Shown: one piece after another, positions 20,865-32,670 of the stretch
Layout of the letters: each line of letters begins with the position of its first letter
Position numbering within the stretch: position 1 is the stretch's first letter
Assembly: GCA_004431415.1 (NCBI GenBank)
Contig: QPMI01000078.1
Span: 1 to 64,000 of the forward strand
Source of the DNA: Cyanophora paradoxa CCMP329
Taxonomy: Eukaryota; Plantae; Glaucophyta
DNA length: 64,000 bases
Reading direction: 5' to 3'
Made by a program: the position numbers and the translations under genes
Notes under the pieces: generated by a model
The model's database searches: none
The model's input: only the letters and a program-made list of their open reading frames with translations
What the model was told of the DNA's origin: nothing

Positions 20865-21068
20865 GTCCGCGGTAGAGCTTGTTTTAAAACTTGGAGCCGA
20901 CCGCGGCCGGATGGGGGATCGATTGAGTCCCGTCTCGATTATTTTTTCCTCTCGACCTCCCTCCGCGATTGGGCCGTCTCGCTACGTCCGTGGACGGCTT
21001 ATTCTGCAGTCGGCGAGCCGCGCAATTCTGATCATCGGATCATATACTGTAATTCGGGTAATATTTAA
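20865..21068 (+). pseudogene. C-terminal fragment of an APE/EEP endonuclease (L1-like)
   Basis: KTWSRP...SRLDYFFLS...NSDHRII carries the conserved RLDY and SDH motifs. Interrupted upstream by the hAT MITE. Confidence 0.65.
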
Positions 21069-21462
21069 GACCCCAAAATAATTAGTAATCCCAGGGTTTG
21101 GTCGGTTTAGTAGGCTGAAAATAATTAAGAGTTGGCCGCGCGGAGCGCTTTAGTAGCGGCCTTCAGAAGGGGGTGGGCGCGGCGCGCGCTAGGAGGTCTA
21201 GATCTAGATCTGTTGGAGCGTCCGAGAACCCCCTCGCACTACAGCTAGCTTCTCCCGCGCTGCAGCTAAGGCTGCGTTACGTACCCCCCCAGCATCTCAG
21301 GTTTAGTATACGATAAAACTTTAGTAGTCGGGCCTCAAAACTTTGGTACTATAAAGATCCAGTATACTAAATATTTCCCGACTTACAGTATATCGGCATT
21401 TTTCTCACGCTTAAAGCTCCAGGGATTTCGCGCCGCGGCCCCGGTCGCTGGCGCATGAACTG

Positions 21463-24400
21463 GGCGGGCTGATCGATCGGGAAGAGGCTCAAAACGCGCC
21501 ACGCAGAACATCGAGACTCGAGGTATACGTCAGTGCCAAAGATGGCCCGTTTTTGACTCAGACTGCACTGTCACTAGTACTGCAGTACTAAAAACTCAAG
21601 GAAACATCATAGCATCATGCGCAGCAGCGCTAATATTTGTCTGAAAAAGAACCTAAAAGGATTTCAAAAATACTACATAACTTAACACAAGCAGTAAAAT
21701 AGTAAAATCAGATCGCCGGAGGCCAACCTAGCAGGTCGACCTAGGTCCGGCGGGAATTTCGGCAGCTAGCTATGGGATTTTCGGGATTTCCGGGAATTTC
21801 GGCAGGGGATTTCCGGGAATCCGGCCGCCAGCGGCCGGGCGGCCCGGCTCGCAGAGCATCCCGCGCGTTCGCACGCGCTCTCCGGCCTCTCTACAGCCTT
21901 TCCCGCACATTCGAAATCCTGGAAAGCCCCCGCGGCCCGTCCTCTGCTCAGAAGCGGCGCCCCGCGAGCGCCAGCGTTCCGGCCCGCGCCCCGGCCCGCT
22001 CGTGTACAGCCTCGCCTTCTCGCAGGCGGGCTCTACGTAATGCATTCTCACCGTGGTGCGCTTCAGCCTCCCCCGCGCGCACTCCCCGCGCCCCGCGCGC
22101 CGTCGCCTCCTTCGCTGACAATCGCGACTCCACTCGCCCCGCTGCAGCCAGCGGCGCACGACGCGCGCCCGACCGCGCACCTCAGATATGCTCTGCGCAC
22201 TATGCGAATTCACGTCCATCGTCGCACGAGTCCTCTTCTGCGCCGCGCCCCGCTGACCGCCCCGTGCAGCCCCAGCCGCTGCCGCGCGCTGCACCGCCGT
22301 CCAGGCTGACGGTCCAGCCGATCGCAGCGGGCGTGCCCGATCGTAACTCAAGCCAGCGCAGCTCGTGAGAGCCCCGCCTTCCCGCCCCGCCCGCTCTAAA
22401 CCGCGCCCCGCTGACCGTGCAGCACGGCCTGGATTTCCGACACGCGCCGCCGCGCGACCAGCAGGTGCCGGGGCCAGCGGGCGGGCCCGGGGCGCGGCGG
22501 AGCGCAAGCGCTGCCCGCGCGTCAGGTGCGGGGCGGCGCGGCGGCGCTGGCTGCGGCGGCCTGCAGCGATCGGGGGGCCCGCAGCAGGTGCGCCGCGCGC
22601 CGGGCGGGCGGCGGGGCCGGCCCTAGGGGCGGGGCCTCGCCGGCCCTCCCTGGGGAGGGCCCCGGCGCGGGGCCGGCGGGCGGGCCCGGGGTGGGGCGGC
22701 GCTCACGCGCTGCCCGCGCGGCAGGTGCGGGGCGGCGTCGCGGTGGTGGCGGCGGCGGCCTGCGGCGATCGGGGTCCCGCAGCAGGTGCGCCGCGCGCCG
22801 GGCGGGCGGCGGGGCCGGCCCTAGGGGCGGGGCCCGGCGGGCCCTGGCCTACCTGGGGAGGGCCCCGGCGCGGGCGGCGGGCGGGTACGGGGCGGGGCGG
22901 CGCTCACGCGCTGCCCGCGCGGCAGGTGCGGGGCGGCGTCGCGGCGGTGGCGGCGGCGGCCTGCGGCGATCGGGGTCCGCAGCAGGTGCGCCGCGCGCCG
23001 GGCGAGCGGCGGGGCCGGCCCTAGGGGCGGGCCTCGCCGGCCCTCCCTGGGAGGGCCCCGGCGCGGGGCCGGCGGGCGGGCCCGGGGCGGGGCGGCGCTC
23101 ACGCGCTGCCCGCGCGGCAGGTGCGGGGCGGCGTCGCGGTGGTGGCGGCGGCGGCCGGCGGCGATCGGGGGCCCGCAGCAGGTGCGCCGCGCGCCGGGCG
23201 GGCGGCGGGGCCGGCCCTAGGGGCGGGGCCTCGCCGGCCCTCCCTGGGGAGGGCCCCGGCGCGGGGCCGGCGGGCGGGCCCGGGCGGGGCGGCGCTCACG
23301 CGCTGCCCGCGCGGCAGGTGCGAGGCGGCGTCGCGGCGGTGGCGGCGGCGGCCGGCGGCGATCGGGGGCCCGCAGCAGGTGCGCCGCGCGCCGGGCGGGC
23401 GGCGGGGCCGGCCCTAGGGGGCGGGGCCTCGCCGGCCCTCCCTGGAAGAGCCCGGCGCGGGCCGGCGGGCGGGCCCGGGGCGGGGCGGCGCTCACGCGCT
23501 GCCCGCGCGGCAGATGCGGGGCGGCGTCGCGGCGGCGGTGGCGGCGGCGGCCGGCGGCGATCGGGGGCCCGCAGCAGGTGCGCCGCGCGCCGGGCGGGCG
23601 GCGGGGCCGGCCCTAGGGGCGGGGCCCGGCGGGCCCTACCTGGGAGGGCCCGGCGCGGGGCTGGCGGGCGGGTACAGGGCGAGGCGGTGCTCACGCGCTG
23701 CCCGCGCGGCAGGTGCGGGGCGGCGTCGCGGCGGCGCTGGCGGCGGCGGCCTGCGGCGATCGGGGGCCGCAGCAGGTGCGCCGCGCGCCGGGCGGGCGGC
23801 GGGGCCGGCCCTAGGGGCGGGGCCTCGCCGGCCCTCCCTGGGAAGGGCCCCGGCGCGGGGCCGGCGGGCGGGCCCGGGGCGGGGCGGCGCTCACGCGCTG
23901 CCCGCGCGGCAGGTGCGGGGCGGCGTTGCGGCGGTGGCGGCGGCGGCCTGCGGCGATCGGGGGCCCGCAGCAGGTGCGCCGCGCGCCGGGCGGGCGGCGG
24001 GGCCGGCCCTAGGGGGCGGGCCTCGCCGGCCCTCCCTGGGGAGGGCCCCGGCGCGGGGCGGCGGGCGGGTACAGGGCGGGGCGGCGCTCACGCGCTGCCC
24101 GCGCGGCAGGTGCGGGGCGGCGTCGCGGCGGCGGTGGCGGCGGCGGCCGGCGGCGATCGGGGGCCCGCAGCAGGTGCGCCGCGCGCCGGGCGGGCGGCGG
24201 GGCCGGCCCTAGGGGCGGGGCCTCGCCGGCCCTCCCTGGGGAGGGCCCGGCGCGGGGCCGGCGGGCGGGCCCGGGGCGGGGCGGCGCTCACGCGCTGCCC
24301 GCGCGGCAGGTGCGGGGCGGCGTCGCGGCGGTGGCGGCGGCGGCCTGCGGCGATCGGGGCCCGCAGCAGGTGCGCCGCGCGCCGGGCGGGCGGCGGGGCC

Positions 24401-24897
24401 GGCCCTAGGGGCGGGGCCTCGCCGGCCCTCCCTGGGGAGGGCCCGGCGCGGGGCCGGCGGGCGGGTACAGGGCGGGGCGGCGCTCACGCGCTGCCCGCGC
24501 GGCAGGTGCGGGGCGGCGTCGCGGCGGCGGTGGCGGCGGCGGCCTGCGGCGATCGGGGGGCCCGCAGCAGGTGCGCGCCGGACCTAGGTCGACCTGCTAG
24601 CTAGCTGCCGAAATTCCCGCCGGACCTAGGTCGACCTGCTAGGTTGGCCTCCGGCGATCTGATTTTACTATTTTACTGCTTGTGTTAAGTTATGTAGTAT
24701 TTTTGAAATCCTTTTAGGTTCTTTTTCAGACAAATATTAGCGCTGCTGCGCATGATGCTATGATGTTTCCTTGAGTTTTTAGTACTGCAGTGACAGTGCA
24801 GTCTGAATCAAAAACGGGCCATCTTTGGCACTGACGTATACCTCGAGTCTCGATGTTCTGCGTGGCGCGTTTTGAGCCTCTTGAAGATCAGCCCGCC
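21463..24897. mobile_element. Long-TIR (foldback/MULE-like) non-autonomous element filled with a GC-rich satellite
   Basis: 21482-21772 is the reverse complement of 24598-24882 (~290 bp, near-identical), with outer GGCGGGCTGATC arms. No TSD found. Confidence 0.75.
22508..24576 (+). repeat. Tandem satellite, ~197-bp unit, ~10.5 copies, extremely GC-rich
   Basis: CTCACGCGCTGCCC recurs at ~22702, 22903, 23098, 23295, 23491, 23690, 23890, 24087, 24287 and 24483. Confidence 0.95.
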
Positions 24898-25316
24898 GCG
24901 GGCCCGGCCGCCGGGCCGGGCGCCGCCGCGCGCGCGACGGCCAATCCGGGGCCGGTGTAGAATCCGGTCCGCATTCCGCATTGACAGGCGGGGTACCGGG
25001 CTGCGGAGCGCTAGAGGCCGGGCTGCGGCCCGGCCCGCGGCGGCCGCCGGCCCGGCCGGGCGCCCGGCCGCCGCGCGCGCGCCGACCGGGCCGGCCGGCC
25101 GCAGGCCGGCGCCGGCCCGGCGGCCGCGGCCGCTAGCTGTAAGCCTGAAGCATACTATGATAGTACTACCGTAGACAGGTACGGATCCGGAGGGGTACCC
25201 GCCCCGCGCCCCCGCGCCCCCGATTTGAGGGGTACGGAGTAATACGCGCTGAGATCCAATGTAGCTCTGTTCACCCCCCGGCCGGCCCGCTACCGTACTA
25301 CGGTAGTACTAGCTAG

Positions 25317-25824
25317 TAGGGTTGCCGCTTACACTTACAAACGACTTACGTAAGTGACTTAACTTACACTCCACTTACACTTACGGCCCCCGAAAACCGA
25401 CTTACGGCCGTAAGTCGTAATTATAAGTCGCCCCCCAGGATACCCCCTTCGACCAGCCGCTGAGCGAAAAACGACCTAATTCGGACCCAAAACGATCTAG
25501 AAACACTGTAAAAGCGTGTTTCTCGCTTGTTCAGCAGTCCGTGCGCCTGGAATTGAGGTAGAAGCAGCCCAACAGGGGGTTATATTACAAGGGTCTGGAA
25601 GTCATCATGCTCTTGAGGGTCTTCAAGTGCTTAAACCCGGAGCCAACCTTGTTTAATGTTCAGGTTTAGATCATAACCAATCTTAACGACAGATTCCGAG
25701 GGTTTTCGCCTCGGTTCTACCCCACTTACAGCCGACTTACGGATCGACTTACACTTACACTCCACTTACACTCCCACTTACGGCGGCTCCAGCTGGCTGA
25801 CTTACGCCGGAAGTGGCAACCCTA
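25317..25824. mobile_element. Non-autonomous hAT-type MITE
   Basis: TIR TAGGGTTGCC(G/A)CTT; 8-bp TSD CTAGCTAG at 25309-25316 and 25825-25832; ACTTAC subterminal repeats. Confidence 0.9.
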
Positions 25825-27088
25825 CTAGCTAGCCTAGTAGTACTACTAGCCTAGTAGCTACTATAGTACTAGGCTAGCCTACCCTAGTAGCGCTAGCGCT
25901 AGCCTAGCTAGCGCTAGCTAGCTAGCTGGCGCATGAGCCCAACTTGCCAAGTTGGCAAGGTCATCCCCGCCGGCGCCCCGGGCCCCGCGGCCGGCCGCGC
26001 CGCGCCCCCTTGGCCATAGGGTTACCGTATGTCGGAAATGTCGGTCACCCACCTTCCGACATCGACATTGTCGAATGTCGGTTGGATGTCGGTGCGATCC
26101 GACAGAGGGGGGGTAGGGGTCCTCTCCGCCGGCAGAATGCGCCATAAATTATAAATTAAGGCTTCTGGCGCTCCAGGAAGTTATTCTAAGCATGCATGTC
26201 TAAACACTTTCCCCACGTTGGGAGACCATAGGAGCGTGCACCGGCACGACCTTGCCGCCCAACCTCGCCGCCAGCCTTGTGTAGGGGCGTGGACCGGGTC
26301 GGGGGATCGACCCGATCGACCCGACCCGCTCGCCCGGCCGACCCGACCGGGTCGACCCGGGTCGGCCCAGGGGGGGTACTTCTACCCCGCTCTGCCCCGA
26401 AAGAACATCGCAAACGTGATGAGAAACATCGAAATCGTGCTTTAATGCAGGAGATATCCGATATAGATGCAATATCTGCAATATCTAGATGCATTCTACG
26501 CTCCCGAAACGAACTTATGCTGATTCGGGGGGGTACGTATGTACCATCAACCAGACACGTCCACTGTACAGGAACATTTGCATGCATCTGAGAGACATAT
26601 AAGTATAATACACATAGTATGTGTAATATAAACGAAGATTTCAGCATTTATCAACACTTCAGAAAGGTGGAGAATGGTCCCCAAGGGTGTACCCAGGACC
26701 CTTCGGGCCGGGTCGACCCGGGTCGGGCCCGGATCGAGTCTGACCCGGGTCGAGAGGTCGGCCCGATCGACCCGCTCGCCTGGCCGACCCGACCGGGTCG
26801 ACCCGGGTCGGCGCGGCCCGGTCCGCGGTCCTAGCCTTGTGGCTCTCTCCGCCTCCTCCTTTGCAAGCTCCTCGGCTGCGGAGGGCCGGGATCAGCTGCG
26901 AGAGACCTTCGAATTGGAAGCGGCCGCGGGGCAGACCGGCAAGCTCCTCGGACGCGAGTGCAAGCCACTCTTCGAGCTGGTCCTCGTCAATATTAATTGG
27001 ATATCGATCATTGAGGGCGCGCAGCTGCAGGTTCCAGTAGCAGAAGACGATCTTCATGACCTGTGCAATTCGAGTTTAATTTGTTTAA

Positions 27089-27547
27089 CACAGCGGAACG
27101 GCGTTGTATGGCGCCCTATACGCTGAAGGAAAAAAGTCTTCTATGTAAATCGTTAACTTAAATCGTGTGTTCGCGTTACTGCAAAACTGGGCGAACTCGA
27201 CTTGAACTTTGACGTACCCCCCTTTTGGACTTGGTCGCGGCGCCGCGCGGCGCAACGAGCTCGCTGAGCATGCATCAACCAGCGCCACCATGCATAGAAG
27301 TTAAAGATCAATCATTGAACGCATCATAGACGCGTTGGCCGGCGGCTCCGATCCTACGTTTGGACGTTCTGTCTAACAGAAGTTCGAACGACTTTTTTTC
27401 CAACGGCACCCGACTTCACCCCCCCCGGTTAATTTTTCAAGTTGAATATGTTTCAAATATATATTAAGCTCTAATAGACTTGACTTGAAAAATTAAACTT
27501 GAGCGTATAGGGCGCCATACAAGTTGATACAACGCCGTTCCGCTGTG
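27089..27547. mobile_element. MITE with CAC termini and 3-bp TAA TSD (CMC/Chapaev-like or Harbinger-like), inside an intron of the hAT transposase
   Basis: TIR CACAGCGGAACGGCGTTGTAT; TAA at 27086-27088 and 27548-27550. Confidence 0.85.
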
Positions 27548-27898
27548 TAAGCACAGCAATACAAGTTTTATTCGAAATTCAGGGCCCTCACCCGCTCGTT
27601 CGTGAGGTGATTCCGAAGCTTGCTGTGGATGTAGGCCCACGTAGATCACAGACTCTGAGAGATCACAGAGGGCCCCCACAGCTTGAGTGCGGGTTTCGGA
27701 AGTCCACCTCGCGCCCTGAGGCAAGAAGTCCGCGTGCACGTGGGCCTTGAGCTGCTTCTTCCAGAAGCCCCACCACCTGGCGGGGTGTTCGTGCTCACGA
27801 GCCGGCGATAGCCGGTCGCCGAGTTGCGTTCGCCGAGGATGTGCGTTCGAGCGTGCGTCAGATTCCACCTCGCCAGCTGCAGCGGCATGCCCCACGTA

Positions 27899-30800
27899 AC
27901 AGTCCGGCGCCCGGGGAAAAAAGCTATGGTGGGGAAACTGGAAATTAGACTTTTTTCATACTATGATCAAGGGTACGACAGCACCGCTTTGCCGCCGCAG
28001 CATGCCCTTCATCGGGCCAGAGGACGACCTCGCAGCGTAGCTAGAATGCCTCGGCGAGAAGCGTATCAACTTCAGCCGCGCCAGAGTCCCGTCTGGCGGC
28101 GTCCTGAAGGCGCAGTTCGGCGAGGGAGAGAAGCTGCGCATCGCCGAGGTCGGAGATACTACGTCTGCCGCAGTGCTACTTGTATGTGCGTTCGTGCCTT
28201 GGAGACGTCGTGCGAGCGCGCCAATACCCGCGTCAGCAGGATCCCACGAGCCCAGCCTCTCGCGCTAGCTGCGCGCCTTCAACCCTACGCCTCCGGCGGC
28301 CTAGCCCCGCGCTCGATCGCGCTTACTCGCAGGTCGCGGCTCTGCACGTTAAGGCTGTTCCGGGAGACTAGCCGGCTCGCCATTGCCCGCAGCAGGCCTG
28401 CCACATTCACGTGCGCGCTTCCGTGGCTCGCTGGCTTGCCATGCAGAGCCGCGACGCCGCCGACGCCGTCCGCCGACGCCAAGCGAGTCCGTGCAGCCCC
28501 GCCCGCGCCCCCCGCCCGCGCGCCGCGCGCCCCGCCGCAGGAGGCCGCGCGGCGGCGCCGCCGGGCGCCCTGAACGCGAGGGGACGACGCCGCGACGCCG
28601 CCGACGCCGTCCGCCGACGCCAAGCGAGTCCGTGCAGCCCCGCCCGCGCCCCCGCCCGCGCGCCGCGCGCCCCGCCGCAGGAGGCCGCGCGGCGGCGCCG
28701 CCGGGCGCCCTGAACGCGAGGGGACGACGCCGTGACGCCGCCGACGCCGTCCGCCGACGCCAAGCGAGTCCGTGCAGCCCCGCCCGCGCCCCCGCCCGCG
28801 CGCCGCGCGCCCCGCCGCAGGAGGCCGCGCGGCGGCGCCGCCGGGCGCCCTGAACGCGAGGGGACGACGCCGCGACGCCGCCGACGCCGTCCGCCGACGC
28901 CAAGCGAGTCCGTGCAGTCCCGCCCGCGCCCCCGCCGCGCGCCGCGCGCCCCGCCGCAGGAGGCCGCGCGGCGGCGCCGCCGGGCGCCCTGAACGCGAGG
29001 GGACGACGCCGCGACGCCGCCGACGCCGTCCGCCGACGCCAAGCGAGTCCGTGCAGCCCCGCCCGCGCCCCCGCCCGCGCGCCGCGCGCCCCGCCGCAGG
29101 AGCCCCCCTTCGCCATTCTAACAAGATCGCGCGGCAGGGCGAGGGGGCAGCTCGCCGGTACGACGCCGTTCTGGAAGACGCCGCATGACGCGTACGCTGG
29201 AGCTGAGCGCCCCGCCCTCGTTCTGTTTTTCTCCGCCGCTTCCAGCTGTTCGAAGAGGAGCAATGTGAGAGCCTGTGGCGCCGTGCGCGGGGCGGGGGCG
29301 CGGGGCGGGGGCGCGGGGCGGGGGCGCGGCGGGGAGCCAGCGCGCACTCGGGCTCATGCTTAGGAGGGAGAAGCCTTGAAGAAGTCCGCCTCGCATCTCG
29401 CGTAAGAGTCTGCTAGACCCCTAAAAAAACGATTAGGACCCCCGGTACAGTATTTCCCGGACCGGGTCCGATTTAGGAGCTCGGTCGGCGTGCGTGCCGG
29501 GGGGCGCCCTGCAAGCGCGACCAACGCTCTCAGCTAGTTCGATAATGCCCGGATCGCAACTCGCCGCGTCCCCGGGCGAGCGGTGTGAGCTTCGGGCGGT
29601 CGGCAAGCGACTGGCACCTTCGGAGAGCCTCCGGAGCGGCGTGCCGGTCAGCAGGCGGCAGCAACGCCTCCAGAAGTGATAGTATAGCATACAAGATCGT
29701 TCTGGAATGCCGCGAGACGCTCCCCGCCTGCCGACCCGCACCGCCCCGCGGCCGCGTCGCGCAAGCCTCGTAGCGCGGGCGCCCAGCGAGCAGCGGCGGC
29801 ATCTCCCTGCCTGCAGGACACTACTGGTGCGCTGCTTTAGGTCGCGGGCAACAGTGGGTCGCACGCAACAGTGCCGCTGACGAACGCGCAGGCCGATCGG
29901 CTGTCAGGAGCCTCTCCCGATAGCTACTGCACCTGTAGCTGCCACAGGCAGCCTCTCGGGCGTCCCACCATGCGGGTTTGCGGTCCGCGAGTCCGAGCGG
30001 CCAGCAGCAGCCGAGCGGCACGTTGGATTCGTCAGCCAACCTTCCACCGGCGAGCTTTTCCGGCTTAGATAGCCCACAGCCACCGGAAACAGCGTCCCGG
30101 GCTCCTTTTACAGGCGTCCGCGCGCCTCTTCGGCTCACTGCCCCGGCGCACCTCGGACAACCGACAGCCTTGCGCCCAGGTGCGGCGCCTCCCGTCGTTC
30201 CTCGCGCAGAAAAGGATGATTGAAGGATCGCGCATGCTTAGGGCTCGTCCTGACGCTGTTTCGCACAGGTCGGCCGGCTTCGTGCGGATTGCTTGCACCG
30301 TCGAAGGCGGACGACGCACCGCGCACGCGCAACGCTCTGCAACATCTCTCCGGTCGATCCTGTTGCAGGCGAGCCGCGCCCGCTGCCGCGCTGCGCCCGA
30401 GCGCCGACCCCCGCCGCAGTTTGATGGTCGCGCGGCCGCACCCGTGCGCTCCCGCCCAATCGCTGCGCATAGCCGTGATCCTCGCCTCAGATGCTCGCGA
30501 AAAGACCGCGCGGGAGCGGGTCCTCCGCCGCTCCTTCCCCCCTCGCGGGCGGCTTCCGCCTCGGAGACGACCATCCCGTCGCCGAGCTCGCCCAGGTCCG
30601 AGGGGTCCCTAGGAGGGGGAGACCCGACTTTCGGCCGACCACGGGGGCTTATAGAGCGCTTCAATGCGAGTTTAAAAAGCATAGTCTCCGGTCCGGCAGG
30701 TCACTTTTAGAGACGACTTCCTGGCACCGTTGCCGGGCCGCTGGGCCACGGGAATCGCTGGGCCGGGTCCGCTCTCTTTCCCCGCGCACTAGTCTGCATC

Positions 30801-31376
30801 TGATCTCGAGTTCAGCAGACTAGCAGACTCTTACGTCGCGCAGCCGCCGCTAGGGCGCGTTGCGCGGCCGGGCGAGGCGCGCCTGCGGATGCGGACGCGG
30901 AGGCGCTTCCAATGAGTCTCTGCAACGCTACTCGATGCCTCATAGTCGATTGGCTGCGGCGCTGCGCCGTCGCTGCTGCCGGACAGCCGCCCGGGCGGGA
31001 CAAAGGGCAGGCACCGCGCACCTGAGACGCGCGACCCCGTTAGCTAGCTCTCCCGGCGGCGCAAGCCGGCGCGTTCTCTGCGCACCAACGCTAGCTTTCG
31101 AAAGCGCATCAGCGCGTGGATCCGGAGCTGCCTGCTCGGGCACTCCGGCCGGGCACTGCGGCACTAGCTAGCTTCACGTGGATCGCGCTCGCTGCCGCGG
31201 ACGGCACAGTTAGAGGCTTCTCTTTGTTTCCCGACAACGCGCTTAAGCCTGCTAGCATTCGAACGCAGCAAGCTAGCTACGATCCGCAAGACCCCTAGTT
31301 CGAGTCCGGCCCACCCCGGATCGGCCGGTTGTTTTAAAAGTTTACCATAGCTTTTTTTCCCCGGGCGCCGGACTGT
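27899..31376. mobile_element. Non-autonomous TIR element with TA TSD (Tc1/mariner-like)
   Basis: ~32-bp TIR ACAGTCCGGCGCCCGGGGAAAAAAGCTATGGT; TA at 27897-27898 and 31377-31378; no transposase recognised. Confidence 0.8.
28449..29102 (+). repeat. Minisatellite, 140-bp unit, ~4.7 copies
   Basis: CAAGCGAGTCCGTGCAG recurs at ~28480, 28621, 28761, 28901 and 29040. Confidence 0.93.
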
Positions 31377-31760
31377 TACGCCAGCTGCGGCAGAACTTGC
31401 ACCACCACTTCCCGCGCGACTCATTGCGAGTGAAGTGCTCCTGGCCCGGCTTCAGCCTCTCACCATCTGGCAACTCGACTGGATCGCTGATTCTGCTCAT
31501 TGCAGCGCTCGGATTGCTGCCGCTGCCGCCTTCTGCGCGACTGGCGCTGCATGCGCAGGGGCTCGAACCGGGGGTTTTGTATGGGAGCCTCCACTTCGCA
31601 CGAAGTTGCGGTCACCCACCCGAAACTGAAACTGAAACTTCGCACTTCGCACGAAGTTTTAGTGACCTGAAACTTCGGGCCGGCAACCCTAGTCCCGCCC
31701 CCGGCCCGGCCCGGCCCGGCCCATGGCTAAGTCCCGTGTGCGTGTGTGTACCACGGGCGG

Positions 31761-32002
31761 ACCTTAAGCTTGTGCAGTCGACGTCGGAAAGCCGTATACG
31801 TACAGCCGCGCCGGAGGCCAAGGGGGATCCGGAGGAGGGGGATCCGGAGGGGAGTATACGTAGGTACAAATCAGAGAAAGGGGGAGGGCGGTACAGGTGC
31901 GGGCTAGAGGAGGGTGCGGAGGAAGAGGGGGCGCAGCGCTAGCTCGCAAGCCGCCGCCGCGCCGGCCGCGTCCAGCGCCGCCAGGCACTCCTGCACCCCG
32001 CG
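31761..32002 (-). pseudogene. Duplicated last exon and 3' flank of the F-box gene family
   Basis: Near-identical to 44462-44702; encodes ECLAALDAAGAAAA.ELALRPLFLRTLL*. Confidence 0.8.
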
Positions 32003-32015
32003 GATAGTCCCAGGT

Positions 32016-32340
32016 ACTCCAAAAGTGCAGATATATCGACAGAATCAGTCGATCGACAGAATCTGTCGCCGAGTCGATCGACTGATTCTGCGCCAGAAAA
32101 TTAATCGGTCGACCGATTCTGTCGAATTTTATCGACTGACTCTGCGACAGATTCGGTCGACAAAATCAGTCGATCGACCAACTCTGTCGATCGACTGATT
32201 CTGCGCCAGAATCGGTCGACCGATTCTGTCGAATTTTATCGATATCGACAGACTCTGCATGCGACAGAATCGGTCGACAAAATCTGTCGATACTTGATAT
32301 ATTAATATATATTGATATATATCGCCAGGTTTGTCGATAA
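32016..32340. repeat. GTCGACAGAATC-type short-repeat block (related block 44275-44460), probably TE subterminal sequence
   Basis: Many direct and inverted TCGACAGAATC / GATTCTGTCGA units. Both blocks adjoin TACTCCAAAAGTGCAGATATA. Confidence 0.75.
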
Positions 32341-32670
32341 ATTGATTAATATTCTTCATATTAAGATTATTGATTTGTATATTATCTTGTAAAAATATTG
32401 AGCCAGTACTAGTGGAGGATCTCCGGGGGATCCAGCTGCAGGTCGCATGCACAGGCCTAGGTCAGCTATACTACTGTAGGCGTACTACGGTAGTTAAATT
32501 GCCGCGTAGTAAAATTGCCGAATTGGTCCGAAACCGGAATTGCCGTGGCAATAAATTGCCGAATCCAGATTTCTGTTCTATGGCGGGCTAAGCAAATACC
32601 TACCCCCGGCCCCCAAGCAATTGCCGTGTTGCTAAATTGCCGAATTCGGCCTCTCGGCAATTTACGGCAA

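Larger units (their letters stand above)
26017..31691 (-). mobile_element. Internally deleted hAT transposon with two nested insertions
   Basis: Termini TAGGGTTACCG (26017) and CGGCAACCCTA (31691). BED finger at 31500-31381 (EHFTR...WWCKFC) continues past an insertion as WNLTHARTHILG. The hAT dimerisation motif reads WAYIHSKLRNHLTNER/VMKIVFCYWNL (27650-27030). The TSD does not match, so pairing of the ends is uncertain. Confidence 0.7.

Noticed and set aside
22365-24604. Long Arg/Gly/Ala-rich ORFs (up to 692 aa), and similar ones at 28285-29347 and 41863-44000
   Set aside because: They are stop-free translations of GC-rich tandem repeats.
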